Shown: positions 1 to 8,217 of the stretch, in pieces
Layout of the letters: the number at the start of each line of letters is the position of its first letter
Position numbering within the stretch: the first letter of the stretch is position 1
Source: Bdellovibrionales bacterium
Lineage (GTDB): Bacteria > Bdellovibrionota > Bdellovibrionia > Bdellovibrionales > UBA1609
Length of the DNA stretch: 32,000 nt
Direction of reading: 5' to 3'
Assembly: GCA_965247685.1 (NCBI GenBank)
Contig: OZ252021.1
Location: 1,050,001-1,082,000, forward strand
The notes under the pieces: generated by a model
Database searches by the model: none
What the model saw: only the letters and a program-made list of their open reading frames with translations
Told to the model about the DNA's origin: nothing
Translations under genes and position numbers: made by a program

Positions 1-2
1 AG

Positions 3-1784
3 GGTGCTCCGATAAAGTGTACAGAAGATTCTTCTTTGACAAAAATCAAAGAGTTTTATGCGTGCCAAGGTGACGAAGAGGTAGAACTTGGAGCCGGAGG
101 CAATGTCAGCAAAGCTTTTGAGGAAATGACCAAAGAGCGCTGTGATGGGCTTATAATCTCAGGTCATCACGTGGGTTATTACACTGGAGGGAAAACTTAT
201 CAGGAGGAAAATACTGATGGTTCGCCATCTCGTGAGAGAACAAAAGACAAAGATACTTTAAGTTTGGATTTCTTGGAAAAGCTTTCTTGTTTAAAAACCA
301 ATGATGGAACAAATTGTCAACCATGGTTTTCTAATATCAAATATGTGCATCTTCATGGTTCTTATACGGCAGGTCGAGATATTGGATCTCAAAAACTTGA
401 TGATGTTGTATTAGACAAAATCGATAAGTATAGTGGAAGAAACTGGAATACTGGGAAAATTCGTTATTTGAATCGAGAGTATGCTTCCACTGTGGATGAA
501 AAGAATCCTCTCAGCAGTCGCTATAATAAAATGTTTCCAGGGGCTTTGTTGTTTGGTTGGTCGGCTCAAGTTCCCACCATTGATCAAGGCTCTCCTGAAC
601 AGATTTTAAAGCATATGAAGACTTTGGATCGTATTATCAGTGGCGATTCCACTGCTGATTTGAATTTGGATAGTTTTTTAAAATTTCTTGCATCCGAGAA
701 AGATTCTAGTGGAGATCCTGTTTGTGACCCAGATAAATGGAATGCACAAGGTGGTGGGTTGGGTGAGCTTTTTGAAGATGATCCTGATAAAGAAGAGGAT
801 GGGCAAAAAGGTTGTGATTTATCCAATGCTATTAATATGAAAGATACGGAAGGTATTAAACAAGCTTTGGAAAATATTTTTTCTTGTGAAGAACTTCAAT
901 CAAAAGAAAACTGTGCGGAAAACTCCTCTTCATATCAATTAGGTACGTGCTCTTCAGCTTGTCATAAGCGCTTGTTAGCGCAAAATATAAATCGAATTTT
1001 TGCACTTCTTAATGATGATAATTCATTGAGTTCAACAGAAGAAGATGAAATTTTAGAGTTTTTAAAAAAATCACCGAAGGGTCAGTTTTTGAAACATATT
1101 TTGAAGGATTTTGTGGAAAAAGAGAAAAGTATTGTTCGTCGAGCTGATTATGTATATTTATTTAAAAAAATATTTGGTGAAGAAGATAAGACAGGACTTA
1201 GATCGATTGAAAAAACTTTTATGGAAGGCGTAAATGAACTTTATGACCATTTGGAAACATCAGAAGATTCTTCTTACAAAAAAATGTACAAAGAAATACT
1301 TGCCGAAGTGATATGGAAAAATAACATAGGTCAAACTCTTAAAATGGATGATGCTCCAGATGAAGATAAAAAACTTGTGACAACACTACTTGAAAATTTT
1401 GCAGGCGGTGATGGTTCGCAAGCTCTATTGTTGAGAGCGGCTATTTTTCCAGATGGAAGGGAAGATATTCCTGCTGTTGACGAGTTAATTAAAGATCCAA
1501 GACAAAACAAATGGATTGATGATTGGATGGGTTTGCAAATAAAAAATAAGAAATATGAAAATTTGAGCAAAATTGTAAATGATGATGCTGTGAATTTTGA
1601 CAAATACAAAACACTTATGATTCGAATCGCTGAAGCATCTCTTATTTTTTGTATGAAGGAGAACCCTTTCGTCGATCAATTAAGACCAGGAGAAGACAAA
1701 GCACAAGAGTTCAAGGATATTTTTAATATTGAAAAAGACATTTATACTGGCAACTTTGACAACGCCAAACATTGTGGTCAGTGA
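3..1784 (+). CDS. Cys-rich hypothetical protein, probably 5'-partial
   Basis: Long ORF ending at TGA 1782-1784. The frame is open from nt 3 to the window edge, so the TTG at 36 in the ORF track is probably not the true start; the first in-frame ATG is at 126. More than 14 Cys residues, acidic low-complexity stretches (EDDPDKEEDGQKG), and no TM segment in the visible part. I recognise no family motif. Confidence 0.6.
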   Translation, partial: GAPIKCTEDSSLTKIKEFYACQGDEEVELGAGGNVSKAFEEMTKERCDGLIISGHHVGYYTGGKTYQEENTDGSPSRERTKDKDTLSLDFLEKLSCLKTNDGTNCQPWFSNIKYVHLHGSYTAGRDIGSQKLDDVVLDKIDKYSGRNWNTGKIRYLNREYASTVDEKNPLSSRYNKMFPGALLFGWSAQVPTIDQGSPEQILKHMKTLDRIISGDSTADLNLDSFLKFLASEKDSSGDPVCDPDKWNAQGGGLGELFEDDPDKEEDGQKGCDLSNAINMKDTEGIKQALENIFSCEELQSKENCAENSSSYQLGTCSSACHKRLLAQNINRIFALLNDDNSLSSTEEDEILEFLKKSPKGQFLKHILKDFVEKEKSIVRRADYVYLFKKIFGEEDKTGLRSIEKTFMEGVNELYDHLETSEDSSYKKMYKEILAEVIWKNNIGQTLKMDDAPDEDKKLVTTLLENFAGGDGSQALLLRAAIFPDGREDIPAVDELIKDPRQNKWIDDWMGLQIKNKKYENLSKIVNDDAVNFDKYKTLMIRIAEASLIFCMKENPFVDQLRPGEDKAQEFKDIFNIEKDIYTGNFDNAKHCGQ

Positions 1785-1853
1785 GTTTCGGCTTAAAGAA
1801 TTTCTTTAACATCTTGCTTGAACTCTTATTCAAACCTAACTATATTCAGCTTT

Positions 1854-3632
1854 ATGGCTTATTTTAAAGATCAATTTTCAAAAGATGCTGTTCTTATCTC
1901 ATGTGTGCAGGCTTCAAAAGAATTTTTGAACAAGAAGGTTGTACTCACTGGCTGGGTGGAAGCGCGCCGAGACCATGGTCATTTTATTTTTTTAGATGTT
2001 AAGGATTCTTCAGGTCTGCTTCAGGTTTTTTTGGATTTAGATACTTTTAAGGGTTTTAAAATTTCCGATCAAAGTGTGTTGGCTGTAGAAGGAATTTTAC
2101 AAAAAAGACCTCAAGGAACAGAAAATAAAAAAATTTCCACTGGTTTGTTTGAGCTTCGAGTGGAAAAGTATAAGATATTATCTCTTGCAACAACACTTCC
2201 AGTAGACCCTTATGAAGAAAATGCAAGTGACCTATTGAAGTTAAAGTATCGTTATCTTTTTTTAAGAAACTCCAAACTGCAAAATTACCTTCGTGTACGT
2301 CACCAAATTACAGATATTATTCGTGGAGTGCTTAAGGAGGACAGATTTGTTGAATGTGAAACTCCTATACTTTATCGAACAACTCCAGAAGGAGCAAGAG
2401 ACTATCTTGTTCCATCTCGTGTTCATCAGGGACAGTTTTACTCTCTCGTTCAAAGCCCTCAAATACTCAAGCAGCTTTTGATGGTGGGCGGTTTGGAAAG
2501 ATATTTTCAATTTGCTCGTTGTTTTCGAGATGAAGATTTACGATCCAATCGTCAGCCTGAGTTTACACAACTAGATTTAGAAATGAGTTTTGTGGATGTG
2601 GATGATGTTTTAGATTTGAATGAAAAAATAGTTCATGCTTTATGGACAAAAGTCAAAGGAGGTCCGCCTCCTTTAATTCATCGAATGACTTATAAAGAGG
2701 CACTGTCTTCTTATGGCTCTGAGCAGCCTGACTTGCGTATTCCCTTAAAGCTTCATACTTTGAGTCCATCCTTTATTGAAAAATGTGGGGTTGAAATTTT
2801 TCAGCAAATGATCAGTAAAGGTGGAGTGGTGAAGAGTCTCACGCTTCCTGCATCTAGTGTGTGGAGTCGTAGTGCTTTAGATAAGCTGACAAAAGAAGTG
2901 AGGAAAAAAGGAAGTCGTGGATTAATTTATCTTGCTCAAGAGGGATCACAAATTAATTCCTCACTCAAATTCTCAGATGAAATTTTAAAATCTCTTTACC
3001 AAGAGGCTCAAGGTGTAGATAAAGGACTGGTGTTGGTTATTGCAGGGGACGAAACGATTGTGAATCATTGTTTTTCTTTTCTCATCCATCACTGTGCAGA
3101 AAAACAATCATTAATGGATACTTCTCAAGATCAATTTTTATGGGTGACTGATTTTCCTATGTTTATGAAAGAAAAAGGAAAAATGAATTCCGTTCATCAT
3201 CCTTTTACAGCTCCTAATGTGGATTGGAATGAAATTGATTTTAAAAACATCACTAATGAGTTTATGGACTGGACCTCTAAATCCTATGACTTAGTTTGTA
3301 ATGGTCAAGAGCTTGCAGGAGGGAGTATTCGAAACGAAAGAGCGGATGTGCAGGATTTGATCTTTCAAATTTTAGGTTTAGCTCCCCAACAAAGAGAAGA
3401 TCAGTTTGGATTTTTTCTTCAAGCACTCAAATACGGAACTCCTCCGCATGGAGGGATTGCTTGGGGGCTCGATCGATTAGTGATGATTCTGACAGGTACT
3501 TCAGATATCCGAGATGTCATGAGTTTTCCTAAAACGTTACAAGCTGTTTGTGCAATGTCTGATGCTCCTTCCGTGGTGAGTGAGGAGCGGTTGTCGGAGC
3601 TTGGAATCTATCTTAAAGAGCGGATCGAATAA
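1854..3632 (+). CDS. aspS: Aspartate--tRNA ligase (bacterial type, class IIb)
   Basis: N-terminal OB-fold region (VVLTGWVEARRDHGHFIFLDVKDSSGLLQV). Class II motif 2 (FRDEDLRSNRQPEFTQLDLEMSF), ELAGGSIR, and motif 3 (PPHGGIAWGLDRLVMILTG). Length about 590 aa with the bacterial insertion domain. I prefer the ATG at 1854 (MAYFKDQ...) over the TTG at 1818. Confidence 0.95.
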   Translation: MAYFKDQFSKDAVLISCVQASKEFLNKKVVLTGWVEARRDHGHFIFLDVKDSSGLLQVFLDLDTFKGFKISDQSVLAVEGILQKRPQGTENKKISTGLFELRVEKYKILSLATTLPVDPYEENASDLLKLKYRYLFLRNSKLQNYLRVRHQITDIIRGVLKEDRFVECETPILYRTTPEGARDYLVPSRVHQGQFYSLVQSPQILKQLLMVGGLERYFQFARCFRDEDLRSNRQPEFTQLDLEMSFVDVDDVLDLNEKIVHALWTKVKGGPPPLIHRMTYKEALSSYGSEQPDLRIPLKLHTLSPSFIEKCGVEIFQQMISKGGVVKSLTLPASSVWSRSALDKLTKEVRKKGSRGLIYLAQEGSQINSSLKFSDEILKSLYQEAQGVDKGLVLVIAGDETIVNHCFSFLIHHCAEKQSLMDTSQDQFLWVTDFPMFMKEKGKMNSVHHPFTAPNVDWNEIDFKNITNEFMDWTSKSYDLVCNGQELAGGSIRNERADVQDLIFQILGLAPQQREDQFGFFLQALKYGTPPHGGIAWGLDRLVMILTGTSDIRDVMSFPKTLQAVCAMSDAPSVVSEERLSELGIYLKERIE

Positions 3633-4691
3633 AAATCCTGTTTGTTCTAAACTTGTAATTTGATAAATACCTTGAAGGAATCTTTGATTCCTTTCTCTTC
3701 TCACCATAATAATAATTTGTATTCCTAGTTGAATGAGTTTTTGAATAGCTTGAGGCCTCCAGTCTAGTTTTGCGGATTGAGTGAGAAGTTCTAAACGAAG
3801 CAATGCTTGTTTGTGATTGTGGGCATGAATCGTTCCAATACTACCTTCATGCCCTGTCGCTAAAGCCATAATTAAATCTTTAGCTTCTGGACCTCGTACT
3901 TCTCCCATCACGATACGATCCGGCCTCATACGAAGGCTTTGTTGAACCAAGATGGATTGATCAATAACAGGAAGTGCAGAATGATTTCTAGTGAAAAGTT
4001 TGACTGAAATGGAATTAGGAAGGACTAATTCATCTGTATCTTCAATACTCACTACTCTTTCATTAGGGTGCAGAGCATGAAGGAGAGCATTGAGTACTGT
4101 TGTTTTTCCTGAAGAAGTAGATCCCGCAATTAATATATTCAGCTTCTTTTTTAAGATTTCTTTAATCAAATCAATGGCCGATGATGGAGCCCATTTACTT
4201 TTTAAAAGCTTATCGAGAGTCCATAATTCTTTAGGATGATTTCTTAGGGTAATGTGATAATTTTGATGAGTGAGAGGAGAGCTGACAATATGGACTCTAA
4301 AATTTTTCCATTTTCCATTGGCATAGGGAGTGTTGAGAGTGGGATTCATTTTAGACTCTTGACAAAGTTCATGAACAAAATTTTCAAAAGTCCATTTTGA
4401 AAGAAAATGATCCTCATGATGATAAAATATCCCTTGTTTTTCATAAAAAATAAGGTCTTTTCCGTTAATGATAATTTCTGTAATATCGAGTTGATCGATG
4501 AGTGAATAAAGAGGACCTGCTCCTAAAATTTCTTCGAGAATTCTTTCTTTAAATGTCTCAGAGCAATGTTGGTGAATCACTTCTTTTATTTTATGGACAT
4601 TAAATTGGGTGATGGAATGATTCGTCGATCGAGATTTTCCTAATAAATTGACTATTTTTTCAAACTCTTTTTGTATGTTCATTTTTTCCAC
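3537..4691 (-). CDS. CpaF/TadA-family (VirB11-like) secretion ATPase
   Basis: Walker A (AGSTSSGKTT), Asp box (VVSIEDTDEL), Walker B region (RMRPDRIVMGEVRGPEA) and His box (ALATGHEGSIGTIHA). Its start shares one nucleotide with the stop of the upstream secretin gene at 4691. Its last 32 codons overlap the 3' end of the convergent aspS. Confidence 0.85.
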   Translation of the reverse strand: MEKMNIQKEFEKIVNLLGKSRSTNHSITQFNVHKIKEVIHQHCSETFKERILEEILGAGPLYSLIDQLDITEIIINGKDLIFYEKQGIFYHHEDHFLSKWTFENFVHELCQESKMNPTLNTPYANGKWKNFRVHIVSSPLTHQNYHITLRNHPKELWTLDKLLKSKWAPSSAIDLIKEILKKKLNILIAGSTSSGKTTVLNALLHALHPNERVVSIEDTDELVLPNSISVKLFTRNHSALPVIDQSILVQQSLRMRPDRIVMGEVRGPEAKDLIMALATGHEGSIGTIHAHNHKQALLRLELLTQSAKLDWRPQAIQKLIQLGIQIIIMVRRERNQRFLQGIYQITSLEQTGFLFDPLFKIDSKLRQPLLTHHGRSIRHCTNSL

Positions 4692-5896
4692 TAATCTTTA
4701 ATTTTTGCATTAAGAAAAATAAAGGCTTTTGTTTTTTCCTTATGCTCTCCTTTTTGAGTTAAAGCTGATAACAATGAGGGTAGGGAAAGTTGAAAAGGAT
4801 TTTGTCGGGAGACTCCCTTTTGATTTCTCTTGAGAGCAGATAGAAGTAAAGTTTGACCGTCTTTTAAAGTGATTTGAGTGCTCACACGATGATTTTTTGT
4901 CGCAAGTGAGCTGCTGGCAGAATACGACGGATCAATGTCGGACATATTTGCAGTAAGAAGAATTTGAATATTTTGATGAAGAGAGATTACAGGTTTTATT
5001 TCTAAAGAAAGACCATAGGGTTTCCAATGGGTGCTTCTTTCTAAGCTTTCCTTATTGTAATTGTGAAAAGGAACTTCTCCTCCAAAGAAAAAATTTCCTG
5101 TTTTATTATTTTCAATCAGTATTTGTGTTTGAAATAAAGTATGACTCTCTCCTTTATCTTGAAAATTCTGGAGCTGGAGCTGAAGAGATTCAAAAGGAGT
5201 GTTCAAGATGTTCATGATGGAGTCACTTTGAAAAAGTTTCATTTTATTTGATCGATCCTCGACGGCCAATAGGTGAACATGAATCAACAAGGGAGAGACT
5301 TTTTGATCCTCTTTTTGAATTCGAATTCCAAAATAAGAGAATAGTTCTGACGAAACAAAAGGGGGAATAAAGACTGTAATAGGTCGGCTCCATTCCATTC
5401 TAAAATGAGTTTTTTTTTGACTAAAATATGTGAGAGCTTCTCTTTTTACCTCCGAGGAGACAGTGATATAAGCTTCATAGGGAATGCGATACATTTGACT
5501 CAACATAGATATTTTCTCCCAATCTTTAAACCGATAAAGTTTTCCATGAAGGTTGAGTTGATTGGAGTAGCTCCAATCCAGCCATGGAATTTCTTCGACC
5601 TGCTGAATCCATTTTTCCCAATGAGATTTTTCATTTATATTTAAAACTTTAATGACACTGGTTTTATTTTTTTGTTCTAAAAAGAGTTCACCTTTTTTTC
5701 GAGCTTTGAGAACAATGTGATTTTCATACTCCTCGATTTTAACAATATGAGGCTGACTCAAAGTGAGTTTTTCATCTTGAGGGGATGATAGGATTTTTTG
5801 CTCTCCGGGATACATCAGGATCAGTTGATTCCCATAACTGGATTTAGTGAGAAAACAGCTGATAAAGAGTGAAAGTATAAAGTAAAAATAGATCAT
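4691..5896 (-). CDS. Small secretin-family outer-membrane channel protein (CpaC/RcpA-like)
   Basis: N-terminal hydrophobic signal (MIYFYFILSLFISCFLTKSSYG). A pilus-N-like segment (LILMYPGEQKILSS...HIVKIEEYENHIVLKARKKGELFL). The C-terminal region fits the secretin domain pattern (FFFGGEVPF...WKPYGLSLEIKPVISLHQNIQILLTANMSDID...TLKDGQTLLLSALKRNQ...LPSLLSAL...AFIFLNAKI). The match is divergent and was recognised by eye only. Confidence 0.7.
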   Translation of the reverse strand: MIYFYFILSLFISCFLTKSSYGNQLILMYPGEQKILSSPQDEKLTLSQPHIVKIEEYENHIVLKARKKGELFLEQKNKTSVIKVLNINEKSHWEKWIQQVEEIPWLDWSYSNQLNLHGKLYRFKDWEKISMLSQMYRIPYEAYITVSSEVKREALTYFSQKKTHFRMEWSRPITVFIPPFVSSELFSYFGIRIQKEDQKVSPLLIHVHLLAVEDRSNKMKLFQSDSIMNILNTPFESLQLQLQNFQDKGESHTLFQTQILIENNKTGNFFFGGEVPFHNYNKESLERSTHWKPYGLSLEIKPVISLHQNIQILLTANMSDIDPSYSASSSLATKNHRVSTQITLKDGQTLLLSALKRNQKGVSRQNPFQLSLPSLLSALTQKGEHKEKTKAFIFLNAKIKD

Positions 5897-6070
5897 GCTT
5901 CTTAATTAGCAAATCCATGGCTTTACGAATGAAAACTACAGAAAAAAGCAGTTTTGAAAGGAGAGAGAATATTTTTTTTCTGAAATTGAAAAAATGACAG
6001 TAAGTATAAAATAATTCCTACCGACTGAGGTCGGAATATATTTGAAAAAGTCATGTTTTACGAACATTTC

Positions 6071-6099
6071 TTGAGATTATTCCATTAAAACCATAATAT
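6071..6099 (+). promoter_or_regulatory. Candidate sigma-70 promoter for the repeat-protein gene
   Basis: TTGAGA (6071-6076), a 17-nt spacer, then TAATAT (6094-6099), about 64 nt upstream of the GTG start at 6163. Pattern match only, in an AT-rich region. Confidence 0.3.
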
Positions 6100-6162
6100 A
6101 TTGACTTAAGGCTGTTGAGCTCAGAAGAGTTCAGCCGATAAAGATATGACGGAGTTTTTTTT

Positions 6163-8217
6163 GTGAGATTGAGTCTTTTATTTCTAATATTTTATTCTAT
6201 TTCAGCTTTTGCTATTTTTCCTCCTGTGTACAATTCGCAAGTTCATACGGGAGCTATCGATCCTTTTGTTTGCAATATGGCTATACAAGCTGGAATGACC
6301 GGTCAGCGTCGGAACAGTCCTGAAAATAGAAAAAAAGAGATAGAAGATACAATGAAAGGAATAGAAGATAGCATTAGAGACATCGAAGTTGATGCTCTCC
6401 AAGTTCTCGAAGATGAATGGAGCGAAAGAACTGAACAAGATCCTTTAAGTTGTGTAGATGAAATTACAAGAAATGCTTGTGGAGATACTAAGAAATTATA
6501 CTTTAGACGAAGGGGAAGTTCAGCTGCTGATAATGTTTTGGGGCGAGGGACTGTTCAAAAAAGAGTGATAGATCATCTTAATGGGGATCTTGAAGATAGA
6601 AGTAGTGATTGCCCTTATTTAGGTGCATCTCTTTATCTGAAGAATCCAAGCCGCTCTTTTTTGGCACAACTACTGTTGCCACTTGTCTTTCCTCAACAAG
6701 CCTATGCAGTAGATGCCAACGCCGACCTTGATAGAAGGACACAAGCTCAAAAGGATCTAGAGACAATTCAAAAGGTTCGAGAGGATCTAGACAAAGCTAG
6801 ACAAAAGGAAGAGAAAGCTCGACAGGCTCAAGACGAAGCTATAAAAGAGGCAGAGAAAGCTCAAACGAATCTAGCAGAGGCAGTAACACAAGCAGAAATC
6901 GACGCAAGGCAAATGAAAATTCAAAAAGCTATAGAAGCTCAACAGGATCTAGAAGAAGCTCGACAGGCTCTAAAAGAAACTCAAAAGGCTCTAGACGCGA
7001 TTCTAGAAAAAGCTAAAAAAGTAGAGGCAGATCGAGTGGCTAAAGAAAAAGATGAAAAAGCAGAGGCAGCTCAAATTGATTATTGTGCAAACTGTAAGTG
7101 CCGAGTGGATCAATATCTGGGAGAAGATGGAGCCGTTGATGTAGAAGGATTTTGTGAAAACGAATTTTTTGCTTTTGCAAATGTGAACGAATGTAAGAAT
7201 TTTCTGGATGAAATTTTAGAATCAAGGAATGAAATAAAGAAACTTCAGGATGAATTTGATAAATTAGAAAAGGAGCTGAAGAGATTGCAAGGAAACGAGG
7301 CTCTGTTACGGGCGAAGTGTATAAGAAATCCAAAGGATTCAGCATGTCAGTCTGACTCTCAAACAGAAGCGACAGCTTTTTGTGTAGAATGTGCTCAAGA
7401 CGTGATAGAAACTTTTTATCCGAAACCAACTACTGGAGATCGTATTTTAAATGCTGCTGTTCCTTTACTAGGTGCAGGTCTTGCTGCTTATAGTATTAGA
7501 GAAAGTAATAAACTCAGATCGCGCCAAGGATATGCAGTAGATAACTCTGCGGCTTATGGACTGGCTTGGCCATTTGTTAATCAAATGCTTTATGGAGCTG
7601 CACTCACAGGCCGAGGATCTAATGCACTTTCTTGCTCATCTTCTGCACATCATAATTACTTCGGAGGAGGAGCCTTTCCTGGATCTTTCCAAGGAGCCTT
7701 TCCTGGATCTTTCCCAGGAGGAGCTAATTTTAGATTCGGAGGAGGAGCCTTTCCTGGATCTTTCCCAGGAGGAGCTAATTTTAGATTCGGAGGAGGAGCC
7801 TTTCCTGGATCTTTCCCAGGAGGAGCTAATTTTAGATTCGGAGGAGGAGCCTTTCCTGGATCTTTCCCAGGAGGAGCTAATTTTAGATTCGGAGGAGGAG
7901 CCTTTCCTGGATCTTTCCCAGGAGCCTTTCCTGGATCTTTCCAAGGAGGAGCCAATCAATTTGAAGTACAATCTCGAATTCAATCCATACTTATGGAACA
8001 GTATCAAGTCTCTATAGATCGTCAAAGACAACGGCAAGCGACTGAAGCTCGTATCTTTGAAGAAATGAACAGACTACAATTACAACTCCAGCAAGTACGA
8101 TCTAGTGGTAGTTATAATGGAGGAGCTCATTTGAACTTGAGAGGAAGTTTCACCGGTGGCGGCAACTTACCCGGTAGCGGAAGTGGATCAACTAATAATC
8201 CTAATGTTGTTTTATAG
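6163..8217 (+). CDS. Secreted/membrane-anchored coiled-coil protein with Cys-rich module and Gly-Phe-Pro tandem repeats
   Basis: GTG start with GGAG 8 nt upstream (6151-6154). Signal-like N-terminus (MRLSLLFLIFYSISAFA). About 120 aa of charged heptad-like sequence (QKDLETIQKVREDLDKARQKEEKARQAQDEAIKEAEKAQ...). A Cys-rich block (CANCKCRVDQ...CENEF...CKNF...CIRNPKDSACQ...FCVECAQ). One hydrophobic helix (ILNAAVPLLGAGLAAYSI). GGGAFPGSFPGGANFRF repeats, a Q/R-rich helix and a Gly/Ser tail. Confidence 0.85.
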   Translation: MRLSLLFLIFYSISAFAIFPPVYNSQVHTGAIDPFVCNMAIQAGMTGQRRNSPENRKKEIEDTMKGIEDSIRDIEVDALQVLEDEWSERTEQDPLSCVDEITRNACGDTKKLYFRRRGSSAADNVLGRGTVQKRVIDHLNGDLEDRSSDCPYLGASLYLKNPSRSFLAQLLLPLVFPQQAYAVDANADLDRRTQAQKDLETIQKVREDLDKARQKEEKARQAQDEAIKEAEKAQTNLAEAVTQAEIDARQMKIQKAIEAQQDLEEARQALKETQKALDAILEKAKKVEADRVAKEKDEKAEAAQIDYCANCKCRVDQYLGEDGAVDVEGFCENEFFAFANVNECKNFLDEILESRNEIKKLQDEFDKLEKELKRLQGNEALLRAKCIRNPKDSACQSDSQTEATAFCVECAQDVIETFYPKPTTGDRILNAAVPLLGAGLAAYSIRESNKLRSRQGYAVDNSAAYGLAWPFVNQMLYGAALTGRGSNALSCSSSAHHNYFGGGAFPGSFQGAFPGSFPGGANFRFGGGAFPGSFPGGANFRFGGGAFPGSFPGGANFRFGGGAFPGSFPGGANFRFGGGAFPGSFPGAFPGSFQGGANQFEVQSRIQSILMEQYQVSIDRQRQRQATEARIFEEMNRLQLQLQQVRSSGSYNGGAHLNLRGSFTGGGNLPGSGSGSTNNPNVVL
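7663..7956 (+). repeat. In-frame tandem repeat array (51-bp unit with nested 24-bp sub-unit)
   Basis: Three nucleotide-identical 51-bp units at 7738-7788, 7789-7839 and 7840-7890 (ggaggaggagcctttcctggatctttcccaggaggagctaattttagattc). They are flanked by variant units at 7663-7737 and 7891-7956 that carry an extra 24-bp ggagcctttcctggatctttccMa sub-repeat. Confidence 0.95.

Noticed and set aside
6021-6034. Short GC-rich hairpin (ccgac-tgag-gtcgg) in the 266-bp divergent intergenic region, and a 26-codon ORF at 5917-5997.
   Set aside because: A 5-bp stem alone is not evidence of a regulatory RNA. The mini-ORF has no SD and its composition is typical of AT-rich spacer. Both are noted only as part of the shared control region discussed in the first finding.
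7663-7956. Regularly spaced direct repeats that could be mistaken for a CRISPR array.
   Set aside because: The units abut each other with no spacers, are in frame inside a CDS, and encode a coherent peptide repeat. There are no cas genes in the window.
7556-8037. Three additional ORFs in the track across the repeat array: 7556-8017 (+), 7636-8037 (-) and 7656-7955 (-).
   Set aside because: They are alternative-frame and antisense readings of the same 51-bp tandem repeat. A stop-free repeat unit opens every frame it lacks stops in. They sit wholly inside the well-supported 6163-8217 gene and have no independent start signals.
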